A DNA stretch of 64,000 nucleotides from Lytechinus pictus (taxonomy: Eukaryota), in NCBI RefSeq assembly GCF_037042905.1, contig NC_087257.1, positions 20,274,001 through 20,338,000 on the forward strand, in the 5' to 3' direction. Shown here in pieces: positions 49,905-62,145 of this stretch (position 1 is its first letter; the number at the start of each line of letters is the position of its first letter). The notes beneath the pieces are model-generated. The model had not been told where the DNA came from, did not search any database, and saw nothing but the letters and a program-made list of their open reading frames with translations. Position numbers and translations under genes: made by a program.

Positions 49905-50463
49905 TTAATACAAACGAATGTGTGTTGCTGCCCTTTACGTTCGTTGGTTAATACGTTGTGGTATCACAGGCCTAATTCATTTCCAATAGACTCGTGTGTT
50001 AAAGTGGCACTTAAAAAGAATTCATAAATAATAAGGAGGATATTCGAGGGTTGAATGTTTACTACCAGTGGATAGGATAAATGTCTGACATTCCATATCT
50101 GACCAGAAAAGGGTACCTCGACCGGCTCACTTTAAAAATAAATCAGCATTTATGATGACTACACCTGACGGGATCAAATTCATCACTTGAGAGAGTAAAA
50201 TGGCCCTAATTCTTCCGCCAATAAAAATATAGTTCCATAGTGGTGATATATCTTTCCAATTTGGAAAAAGGAAGTTCAGTAGGTACCCTCCCTAGAATCA
50301 GTGTTAGATTGTCAGTCATATTCATTCATTTTTGTCAATCAGCATTATCAAATTTAAAAATTGAGAATGGATTGGGTCGAATGAATATTTTTTTGCCTGC
50401 CAGTTGTAATTAGGCCCGTGTGGCCTTGTTCGGTCGGTCGGTTTGCAGAAGATCGCGTTGATA

Positions 50464-50756
50464 CATCCGAGATAGAAAGAACAGTGTCACAGAGTGTGAT
50501 CACAGTGTGTTCATATAGTGTACTATGTGAAAATATTATTCACACTGTCCAAATGCTCAAATTCACCAGTGTGAAGATAATTTCACTGTGGACACCTCGA
50601 CAGTGTGACTGTGAACAGCGCGGCTATGCGAATAAACATGATATATGCGATTGACAATGTTGAAAATGCTCAAATTTAACAGTGTGGAGGCGATTTCACA
50701 TTGCGTGCCACACTGTGAACACAAACTCTGGGACACTGTTCTTTCCAGATGGGATG
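50464..50756. repeat. CACAGTGTG-rich MITE, second copy
   Basis: GAAAGAACAGTGTC...GACACTGTTCTTTC inverted ends; homologous to 15001-15290. Confidence 0.65.
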
Positions 50757-51650
50757 GGCAAACGGTGGTGTGACAACATCGTTAAGTATAAATGAACAGA
50801 CGGTGATTCATATTCAAGCTTAAAGGGAACCCCCCCCCCCCGCCTCCACCAAGTAAATGAATAATAAAAATAACAAGAAATGAAATAATAAACTAAAATA
50901 ATAAAGTACAGTAAACAAAATGAATAGGATGGAGAAAAAACAAACCAAACAACCTTGACGCTGAAATTTCATCATTGATGCGGGACAAAACGTAAAGCCA
51001 TTACAAACATTTGCTTAGTTTAAGAAATCAGTTATGCACACATTCTTGTCAACATGGAATTGAGGAACCAATTGTGTTATTCATTTTCTTTTGCAATTAT
51101 TGAGAATATATTTTTATTATGATTTCAAGCAGGTGTTTTACTCTTTCCTGATCACTTGGAATCGTTAATTTTGCATATTTTGAATTAGTAATGACACTCA
51201 ATTTGTATTAAAAAAAAAACTTTAAAAATATAATATATTCCACAACACAAACGAAACAAGTTTTTCACATTATTGCAAACTGATTATGAAAATTAGCTGA
51301 ATTTTAAAATGTTATAAACTTTCACATTTGCATTTGATGAACTTTTTAGCATTACACTTGTTCGGCTTTTCACTTTGTATCCAAATCAATTGTTTGTGTG
51401 TGGGGGTTCTCTTCTTATGAAAGATCGAAGTATCATTTGATTTCCTAGATCATTTTGGAGCTTGATATGGGCGCATATTCTTATTCTGAAACAATAATCA
51501 TGATAGTTGAAGGCAGAGTTGATATTTGTAATCTGTTGGGGACAGCATATGATGTATAAACTTTCATATTTCAATTCATTTATCGCAGATTCTAATTCAA
51601 TTTTCGTACATTTCACTTCAATCGTCGTACATTTCAATTCAATCATTGTA

Positions 51651-52353
51651 CATAGTGAGTCTGAATAAATGTCCCATTAGTTTGAAGTTGTCTTGTCAAA
51701 AGTTTGAACATCAGACTTATTGATATGTGCTGATAGAGTTATCTCCCCCCCCCCCCCCCGCTCAATTTGGTACCATTTTCATATGGATCTTTTCATGCAT
51801 ATTGACATCGAGACAATCTCCAGAAGGTCGTAAAATCACAGTGCGCCAAGTCACTGTGTGAGGAATTAAGAACGAAAAAGGTGTGAAAATGTGAAATGTG
51901 AGCATGCAGAAAGACACCTAACCTTCACACACAGGTACACCCACACCACACTCACCCTAACACACCCACCCACACATAAACAACACATCACCTCTCACAC
52001 ACCCAGCCACCACCCGCACACCCACATTAACTAATATAACTTTTACTTTTTTCAGAAGCGTGTGTGTGGGTGGGTGGAGGTGTGAATGTGTGTGTAGAGA
52101 TGGAATGATTGGTAGGTGTCTCTTTGTGTGCAGACTGTGCACATAATTACGCTGTTCACCCAGCAACTTGGCGCAACTGTGATTTTACGAATTTCTGAAG
52201 AACGCCACGTTCTCAGGCATGCATTCAAAGTTCTGTATGAAAATGATACCGAAATGAGCGTGGTGAATATCAGAACATATCAATAAATCTAAGGTTAGTC
52301 TTCATACTTTAGACAACTTCATATTAATGGGATTTTTTTTCTGACTCACTCTG
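51651..52353. mobile_element. Tc1/mariner-like MITE with ~200-bp arms and inner (CA)/(TG)-rich repeats
   Basis: TA|CATAGTGAGTC...GACTCACTCTG|TA; TCGTAAAATCACAGT versus ACTGTGATTTTACGA. Confidence 0.65.
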
Positions 52354-52401
52354 TACATTTCAATTTAAATTCAGTTTATTTCTTAATGAATATATAGTTA
52401 C

Positions 52402-52660
52402 CGCACATTGTCAGAAAATGCTTCTACTGCAAACTTTGACTCGCTGTATCCACCGGGGAGAGCAGCTAATCTCCCGGCGCAGCTGGCGACGTTGACTAAC
52501 CGACCACTGCTTTTCTTGAGAAGCGGTAAGAATGTCAGAGTAACATCGATGACACCAAATAGGTTTACCGCCAAAACCTTCTCGTAATCTTGCCGTTTGC
52601 TCAATTCCATAAGAGCGGCAATATTGGATACACCAGCGTTATTAACAACGCCCCAGAGAG
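52402..52660 (-). CDS. SDR9C-like dehydrogenase, exon 3
   Basis: LWGVVNNAG, VNLFG, GRLVNVAS, catalytic YSESK (YxxxK), EAFSD; phases match both neighbours. Confidence 0.93.
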
Positions 52661-53648
52661 CTGTATAAAAGATATGAAAATAATACAGTGGGGCTTTTTT
52701 TCATCATATTAAATACTGTAAACGGATTTCCTGGCCTTAACACAATTATGATGTACCATGTTCAATTATCTCGGGGTGTTTTTTAATTCATTGCCTTTTT
52801 TCTGCAAATAACTAAAAGATTTACAACTTGAATATTGTGTAAAACAGAATAAACGTAGTAGGATTTAGGGTAACAATAATAGTATGGCATGCAGGGCCCA
52901 CCGCTCTCATAAAATAGTTGGGCAAAATATGCCCAACTAATATCCAACCCTGGGCAACATACTGGGCACACAACTATGGGTGAAAATATGCCCAAATTTG
53001 GTAATAAAAGCTGATAATTGGGTAATAAATTTGCTCAATTGGATAACAATTGCCCAGAATATATAATACCAACAAACATTACCCAACACAGTGGACAGTA
53101 TGTTGCCCAACATTTTAAGTGTGCGGGAAAACAGTTCATAAGAGCTGAAGTGGCTACCCTCGTTATATAAGAATTACTATGCCACTCCCGATATTAATCT
53201 TAATTCAAACGTTATCCAAAGCATGGGTCTTCCACATACTTTAGAACGGAACCATACTGAGAAGATCTTTACAATTTTAGTACAACACATGGTTAAAATG
53301 ATAAGTTTCCTATGATCAGATAATGATTTGTTCTGAAAAAAAAACACTGTGCGTAGGGTGGGATTTGTATGCAAATGTATAACTTTGTATATTTTATAAT
53401 TTGTATAATTTTATAAATTTTTCATCTCCTTGACTGTTGTTTTCTTGAGAAAAAAAGTCCGGGCGTCGCGACTTGACTCGACCTCAGGTATCTTCATGAT
53501 GACTTTAGTTGAAGATACTAACTTACTGGACAATCCATGGTGTAGTATTGTATTGTGTAATGCAATGCAAGCGGTTTTCAATTTAGTGCGGAAAATCCCT
53601 ATCGTCATCTTACGAGTCAGATAGTAAAAAAAAATTGTAATCGTGTCA

Positions 53649-53918
<270 letters not shown>

Positions 53919-54879
53919 CTAAAAAGCAGTATGGCAAGTTCCCCCAAGTCTGCGCAGTCCCCCTTGTCTGCGCACACGCGTATCTGCGCGATTCTAGTAA
54001 AAGAAGATACGCAACGAGCATGAGCTTTACACATGCAATACATAGACAGGTATTCAATAAAAAATCTGACTCAAAATGGTGGAAAAATAATGAATTTAGG
54101 GCATTTCATGTGACGGTCTCAAAATGCAGCCTTTCTCATAAAAATCCCCAAATCGTGTGCAGAGTGAATGAGTGCGCAGACATGGGGTACCATTTTTTTT
54201 CAATCTGAAAATGACTGCCTGAGGTTTTTTCAAGAAAATCCTATATTTTCTTTCATTTTTTAATGAGAAGTTTGGTACACTTACTCTTAATAATAGAAGG
54301 AACATTATTAACTGAAAGATTTTGTGAAATAAGAAGAAATTAATGTTAAATCTTAACTCAAATTGTTAGGTGCGCAGACTTAGGGCCCACCATCATATAC
54401 CAAAAGAGAAGAGTATACATTCTGTTAATTACAATCACATGTGGTTCGAATAATGTATTCTAATTTTTTTTTTCATTTATAGGTTTTTGCAACATTTTTC
54501 ATAACTAAAATCTCGACAAGAAAATCCATATCTAGGATTTGACATAAAGATAATGAACCAATTATTTTGCATATAAAGTATTTAATGTATCAGACATAAA
54601 CAATTTAAGCCGGTATTTTCTATTATGCAAGAAATATGATGGTTTCAAGGGTCGTCACAAAAGCAAAGCTTGAAAGCGTACAGTAACAGCCCTGGAAAAT
54701 ATCCCAAATAATTATCTACTGTCATAAAACGTGCGCAAGTGAGTTGCTTGGTCATTAGAATAAGATTTTAGAATATAATAAGTTTTGTTGTTGTTTTCTT
54801 TTTACATCTTCTAGACAAAAGCCAATGTCTAATTAAAATAATAATGATAATAATAATATCAATATTCAATTTGATAGGT

Positions 54880-55230
54880 ATTGGTTTAATTGCGATTCTG
54901 TTATGGCTCGTTTAAATGAATAAAATTATCTTGTCTGCTTGATTGAATCCGGCAATGCGTTCCAAATATCAGGTTTAGTGTTCTATGTGCAAATAATGTG
55001 ATGGGATTATTTAAGTGAATATTATTGAATGTTCTTGTTAGATATGAATATAAATTGCAATTTTATGAAAATAAATCTGTGAATACTGGGGGAAGCATGT
55101 CATAATTATATTCTTGCATAAAACGTAATAATTGTAGAGTATTACTATCATTTATCTTAAATATTTTCAGACGATAGAAAAGAAGGTCTGTATGTAAAAA
55201 AAATGCAGCTTTGGAACAAATTCTAACCGC
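54880..55230 (-). mobile_element. CR1/L2-type LINE ORF2 C-terminal remnant
   Basis: AVRICSKAAFFLHTDLLFYRLKIFKINDSNTLQLLRFMQEYNYDMLPPVFTDLF fits the post-RT tail pattern (RAVRI...HT.PLF..L.I...FM......LP..F). Confidence 0.6.
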
Positions 55231-56247
55231 TGGGCCAAAAACTTCCATAATATTCTAGAATCCCACAACGAACTTAATAAACAAATTGTAAAGAACTACC
55301 TCAGCACAGCACGTCGTTTACACCCCCCCCCCCCCGTGCTACCAACTCCCTCCATGTACAGTGTACTGCCATCACACTAACTATTCAACCACTGAACTCT
55401 TAATTATAGTATATCAAAATTTACATGGAATTTATTACAATTCTGCCTTTTCCCACTATTTTTGGCATAATATTATAATTTGTACTTTCATGCATATTAA
55501 TGTGAATTCATTTTATTATCGAGGAATGTCCATCTCTTCACAGGTCAATGGTCTATTTTGATTTCATTTCACCTCACCCCTTCGGCTTATTTAGGCTTAT
55601 ATTCTCTTGGTCTGCAACTAGATTGTGGCTAAAATCCATTTGGCCCACACTACACCTGGTCCAATGCCCAATTCGTCTAATTCTTATTTAGTATAATGCC
55701 CAGTTGGTCTCATTTCCAATTCATATAGGAAAAACAACTTATCGTACCATAATGTAGTGGCAGTGCCAAAAATAGATTTATTTGAAATGGCAAGCATACG
55801 CAAGTGAAGACTCTTTCTTTTTTTGGCGGGGCAGGTGCTTGTCAGATTTTTCTGAACTCCGTACTAGCGCATGCATGAACGAATAAAAAAAGGGACTGCG
55901 CCGCGATACGACTTCAGCTAATAGAAAGGGGGCGACCAGAGGAGCTTGGAGAAAAGCAAGGGCCGTTGTACCGGGAGGGGGCTGCAGACCCACCCCATTT
56001 TTTTAAATCAACGTGTGCAAAAACAAAAGCGTAATAAATGACCAACAAGTTGTATTTCTTTCCAAGGCCAGCCCTCCCTCCCCCCCCCCCCCACCACCAC
56101 CACCTTTCGGCTCAGGCACTCCACACATTCAGAACTATTTCTCAGCCCCTGAAATGGCTAGGCATGTCTATCACATTCCACAAAAATAATTAGTGGATCG
56201 TGGAAAGGGCAAAACACTTTATTCTGTAATAAGAATTAGAAACTTAC

Positions 56248-56366
56248 TTGTCTTTGGTAATGTTATCCACGTAGGGTCTTCGTAAGAAGTATTCAATTAT
56301 TTTAGCAACAATGGCTCCAACGGTGAGAGCGGCCAACAACATGACGGGAGACAGGAAAGACATCAT
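56248..56366 (-). CDS. Short-chain dehydrogenase/reductase, SDR9C-like (RDH16/DHRS9/HSD17B6 group), first coding exon (gene complement join 56366..56248,53883..53657,52660..52402,49235..49066,48502..48312; 321 aa)
   Basis: Manual translation MMSFLSPVMLLAALTVGAIVAKIIEYFLRRPYVDNITKD(K): hydrophobic N-terminal anchor; GTAAG donor in phase 2. Confidence 0.8.
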
Positions 56367-56504
56367 TTTCACACCAACTGGATTTGAGAAAAAATGACAC
56401 AAAGCTAGAATAATACCTTACTGCGGCAGCCCGAACACGTACTGTGTTCGGGCTGCGTTGTGATTCACCCCGGCTCACCAGATCAAACCAGATCCCTTAT
56501 AAAA

Positions 56505-57500
56505 AAAATTGAATGGTATACCATTGAAATACCATACACCATACACCATTGAAACACCATTGATATACCATTGGAATACCATTCGCACAGCACCTATCAT
56601 ACACCAATGGTATACCATTCAAGCCCCAATGGTATACCATTCAAACTAATTTAAATAATTGGGACGTTACTATTACCATATTCATGAGCACCATTTACCA
56701 TTCATATACCATTGATCAAACACCATTCACCATTGATCTACCATGGCCACTATAGACAGGTTTACCATTGACCACCATTCAGCCACCATTCACTGGCCTA
56801 CCATTTACCATTCAGCCACCGTTCACTGGACACCATTGGTCTACTATTCACCTTACACCATTCACCATTCGCTAGCTACCATTCACCATACACCATTCAC
56901 GTACCATTCACCATACACCATTCGCCTACCATTCACCATACACCGTACACCTACCATTCACCGTACACCATTCGCGTACCATTCACCGTACACCATTCGC
57001 GTACCATTCACCATAAACCATTCGCCTACCATTCACCGTACACCATTCACCTACCATTCACCATACACCGTTCACCATTGCCCTACCATTCACCTTACAC
57101 CATTGACCTACCATACATTGTACACCATTGGCCTACCATACACCGCACACCATTGACCTACCATTTACAGTTCACCATTGGCCTACCATACACCATACAC
57201 CATTGACCTACCAATCACCGTACACCATTGGCTTACCATTTACCGTACACCATTGGCCTACCGTTCACTGTACACCATTGTCATACCATACACTCTATAC
57301 CATTGGTCAACCATTCAATTTACACCATTGGCCATACATTATAGACCACAAGTGTACTGTGAATGGTAGACCAGTGGTTTACACTGAATGATATACAGTA
57401 GACCAAAGGTGTACAATGTATAGTAGGCCAATAAAGTACAGTGAATGGTAGACCAATGGTGAACAGCATATATAGCTCGGGTTAATGGTAGGTTTGATAA
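56505..57500. repeat. (CACCATT/TACCATT) satellite with a ~22-bp higher-order unit and an inverted tail
   Basis: Units like CACCATACACCATTCACCTACCATT; inverted GAATGGTAGACC copies at 57355-57500. Confidence 0.85.
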
Positions 57501-58288
57501 TGGATTAAGTATGCACAAGAAAAAAATGATGAAAACAGTTATTTCAAGAACGTCAAATGTTTTTACTATAAGAAGTTTAAGTACAGCATAAATGGAACAC
57601 AGTATTCACAAGTATAGACTTTATAATTAAAGCACATAAGTTATGAATATATATGACTTTGCTCCTCGTTGACATCTATACTCTGTCAATCTTGGTATCT
57701 AAAATAAACATGTATCAAGACAGAGTTTAATTGAAAAACACAACAAATGTTCTCTCTGATGGCTTTTTACGTGGATTGAGTACTTGGCAAAACCACTGTT
57801 CTGCAAACAAACCTGATACTTGTAATACAATAACCTTGATTTTAAATCTGTTGTGTGTAATTGCTTTCACACAGCTACTTCAATGACATTAATAAAATAT
57901 TTTTTTTACTAATAAGTTCAAGTACAAAAGAGTGGAACCCAGTATTGACAAGTACATGTATGGCATAAAAGCACCAGCATCATGAATACATGTGACTGCA
58001 CGACTCTACAAGAGGTCAATGATTGCACTCCACATAGATATTATGTTAATCTTCCTATAAACAAATCTAAATGTAAGACAGAGTTTGGACAACAAACTGA
58101 TGAACACCAAATTTCGAAGATTAAACTCAAAATGTGTGATAGCCTTCACATGGCCAAATGATTAAAGGTAAAGAGTACCAAACTTAGAGGAAATAAATAT
58201 CCCCAAAAGGGGGGAAAATAGTACCCCCATAAAAATAGAACCTCCTAATATTTCTCTATTTACTTTTCACCTAAAAGATATATCAAAC

Positions 58289-58857
58289 GGCGTGTTTCTA
58301 CATAGAATCGTTAAAAGGTATTACCCGCGTAAGTATCCAGAATCCCGGAAAACTTTCCTGTAGAATTTTGTAGAAACAGACGCGATGCGGTTTATTGATA
58401 AACTGCTTCAAGCAAAATATGGTTTCTCATAACCATCTCTGAGAGGCGGTTATTGCCATGTTAATCCGTTCAACTTTTCTGTAAAAACACACGGCAAAAT
58501 AGCGTATCGTGTCTGGCGGAAGTGCTTAATCCCAAAAGTGCAATTTCGCAGTACATAAATTTGCACATTCTGGCCTTTTCGATCTCGCCAGCTGATCGTG
58601 CAACACGTATACCTGCTACATTGAGTGAGATCTACCACAAATTTTGAAAATTTTCCTAAGAAGATGCAATTTTGGACATATGTACAATGCAACGTGAGGT
58701 TATAGGTTGAATTTTCCGATTTCCGCCGTATTTGCAACGCGAAAAGCGAGTTAATCAGATTATTCGGTTTGTAGAAGCAGGTTGGTTTAAGGGCGATAAG
58801 GTTTTTCGAGTCCGGAAAAGATAAATCGTTTTTAATGATTTTCTGTAGAAACATGCC
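58289..58857. mobile_element. Harbinger-like MITE
   Basis: GGCGTGTTTCTACATAGAATCGTTAAAA versus TTTTAATGATTTTCTGTAGAAACATGCC. Confidence 0.6.
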
Positions 58858-59905
58858 AAAAGTTTATCATAAATACATTAAAGATACGTAAAGAAATAAA
58901 TAATATCTATATCAAAAATAGAATATATAGAATAATAGAATAATAAAGAATATATCATGAAAATAGAAAAAAAACAAGAAAAATAGCGACATCTTTTTTT
59001 GATATTTTGCAAATCATATAGAAAATAATTCTTAGTAGCACATCTATTTTTTAACTATTTCCCATAGTTCAAATATACAAGATTCCCACTTATTTCTTTT
59101 TTGTATATTTTTTTGTTGTGTTGAATCAGATGAATAACTCAACTATGTGTGAGAAATAATATAATTTTTGTCTTACACAGTATATCAGTAGTCAATCGTA
59201 ATTTTTTACAACCTAGCTTTGACAAAATTTGAATTCATATAATATAAAAAATATATAAATTGGGATCTTGTATATTCATGAGGACTTGCAGAGAACAGTT
59301 TTACCAAAAAATAACAACTTTAATTCGTCATAATTTTGTTAATCCTCATTCAATTTTGATGAAATTTTCAGTGTTTTTTTTTGTCTGATGTACTCTTTGA
59401 ATTTAAATCACATAACTTTCAGTCTAGAGTACCTAGCCCTTCAATCAAATGGGTTGGACGACCGGTTACATTTTACATATAACATAATTATAAGGAGAAT
59501 GAAGGGTCCATAGAAAGAAAGCATGAGGAAAGGGGAGATTTAGGTAGGAAGAGAATTAATCAGAAAAGCATAATGTTGACAATTTCGTTAAAATCTGATA
59601 ACAAAGTCTTTGATTTGAAGGTTTAGCAACATTTTGGGAAAAATTACTGGAATGTGCACATGATCGTCAGGAATATGTGTTAGGCTTATGTTATAAAATG
59701 AAATCATAATAATTTCATATTTTCGTACACGTGTGTATGATATGTCCCACGTAGCATAAAATGATTTCAAGCAATGCATGCGTTTACATTAAATAAATCT
59801 TCACTCCACTTTTTAGTTCTTGGAGGTCAAAATGTGAATAAACATGACTTCTTGTTATAAAATACAAAAAAACAAGTGAGGGTATGACATCAGCTTGTTA
59901 ACTGT

Positions 59906-60075
59906 GGGTGCGTCGTGGTCTAGTGGTTCTGACTCTCACCTTTCAACAGAGTGTCGTGGGTTTGAATCCTAGCAATGGTGTTTTCCTTCAGCAACACATT
60001 TATCCACTGTGCTGCACTCGACCAAGGTGAAGTGAATGCGTACCCGGCAAGATTAATTTCTTGCAGCTGTAATAA
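59906..60075 (+). mobile_element. tRNA-derived SINE
   Basis: Pol III A box TGGTCTAGTGG (59916-59926) and B-box-like GGTTTGAATCC (59959-59969), then a conserved-core-like body (CTCGACCAAGGTGA...GTACCCGGCA). Confidence 0.65.
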
Positions 60076-61228
60076 GGAATATGGGATGAAAACAATGCAA
60101 AGGACAGTATGTCAGCTACGGGTTCAAAACATCAATGCTTGTCGTGCGTGCAAGCTTTCTTGAGAAATTGATATATTTTTCTAAAATATCGAGAAATTTG
60201 CATAATACACTACCCTTCAATTGAATAGTACCAATTAACAAATATCAACAAAACATTTTGTACAATATGATAAAGAAATTCATGTTTAACCATAGATTAG
60301 CAGAAAATAACCCGTTATATTAATGGGAGGTTGCCCAAATGATGACAAATACCATACCACATGCATACCTGGGGCCAAAGTGTCCACCCCCCCCCGCCAG
60401 CATATTGATTTTTTTCCAGGGGGGGGGGGTGTTAGAAAGGACGTGTAATCCTATAAATGGGGATGACATTTGGTATTTTTCAGTATTTTTACCATTCCTC
60501 ACAAGTTTTTTTTTCAGCTATGCCACTGCAGGAGTACAATCTGTTTTCTTTAATGAAGCTTTGCAATTTTTTCCACTGAAGTGAATTCTTACACAATTAC
60601 CTTTCACAAACTCCAGTTGTTTTCTTGTAAACGGTTTTCTGTGTTCAACACCTGTAGTTTCCTTCCCAGATAATCCTGGACCATCTACATTATCATCCAG
60701 TGTATCCGTCGTCCAATCTTAAATGAAATAAAATCAATTTGAGTGTTGGAAAATATGCATGTGCAGATAGAAACAAAAATATAATACTAATATAGTAAAA
60801 CTTTCTTTAAGCTCCAAAATGCAATGATTCACTCATATACAGCATCATGATAATTTTTATTTCAACATATGCAGCAAATTTACTTGAAAATATGTTTGAA
60901 ATTGATGTCACAGAAATAAAATTCCCCCACCAAAGATTTTCTGTGTGTGCATGCTGGAAATATATAGATCAATATAACACAGTTACTCTGCTGCGTAACG
61001 TGTTTTGATCAGCAATCATGTAGATATGCAAGAGAAAATTATCTAATAGAAAAAGAATGATCTGAAGTCATATTTCCAGAGCAGCAGTTTTCAAAAGGTA
61101 GGCCTAATCAATTAATTGATAACATTCAATATGATTTTCTTTTCTTGGTATTGACAATCACAGTAACGGATCCAGATGGGCACAATTGACCTGTGCCCCC
61201 CCCCCCCACCTTGAGAGCAATAGTCAAT

Positions 61229-61646
61229 GGCCCGAATTCAAAAAGGTGGTTTTGAAAACCCCGGTTGAGTTTTATGGAGATTTCCTGTATAAATTAAGCT
61301 TATTTACAGCGTATATCAAAATATGTCCAATGTTGATGCGAGCTTTTGTCACAGTGCGCCAAATTGACGCCTGTTGCCGTGGTTATCCACGCTATTTTAA
61401 TCACGAGTCCACTGTTTTGAATTAACGAGTCCACTCTTCAAACAGTGGACTCATGAATAAAATAGCGTATCTAACCATGGTAACAGGCATCAATTTGGCG
61501 CACTGCGACAAAAACGCGCATCAGAATTGGACATTTTTTACACACGCGCCAGATACGTGCTAAATTAAGCGTAATTTATACAGGAAATCTGCATACACCA
61601 TGGACTCAACCGTGTGTTTTCAAAACCACCTTTGTGAATTCGGGCC
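61229..61646. mobile_element. PIF/Harbinger-like MITE
   Basis: AAT|GGCCCGAATTCAAAAAGGTGGTTTTGAAAA...TTTTCAAAACCACCTTTGTGAATTCGGGCC|AAT; almost fully palindromic. Confidence 0.85.
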
Positions 61647-61731
61647 AATGTGTTTAATGTAAATATGGCGTCTTTACACAAGTGTGTCCCTCCTTTTGAA
61701 AGTTACAGCAAATATTTCTAACGGAAATATA

Positions 61732-62145
61732 TACCGTGTTTACACTTAATCGGCTTTTTCATAGCGTGTAAAACACGATTAACTTGCATCGGCTCGCGGT
61801 TCAGAATCAGCAATTTGCACCACCAAAGTAGTAGGTTCAGAACCGCGAGCCGATGCAGAATCAGCTTTTTTACTACGTGTAAACAGAAAGCCGATTCTGC
61901 ATCGGCAATTGGTGCGCATTTCATTTACTTTACCATTGTGACATAATTGTAAGCGCACGGATCCAGCGTTGTCTTTATTATGACGTATTTTGTTGGTGAG
62001 CGTATCAATTGAGGTTTTTGACACGCGAGCCGATTCTGCACCGCAAGCTGTAACAGCGTGTAAATGCAGTGCAAGATAAACCAAAAGCCGATTCTGCATC
62101 GGCTTTTGGTTCTGAACCAAAAGCCGATCAAGTGTAAACACGGTA
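61732..62145. mobile_element. Harbinger-like MITE with AGCCGATTCTGCA subrepeats
   Basis: TACCGTGTTTACACTT(A/G)ATCGGCTTTT TIRs. Confidence 0.75.

Noticed and set aside
56743-57391. His/Thr/Pro-rich ORFs
   Set aside because: They are translations of the ACCAT satellite, with no splice or domain support.
59906-59975. tRNA gene
   Set aside because: A and B boxes are present but there is no intact cloverleaf, and it continues into a SINE body.
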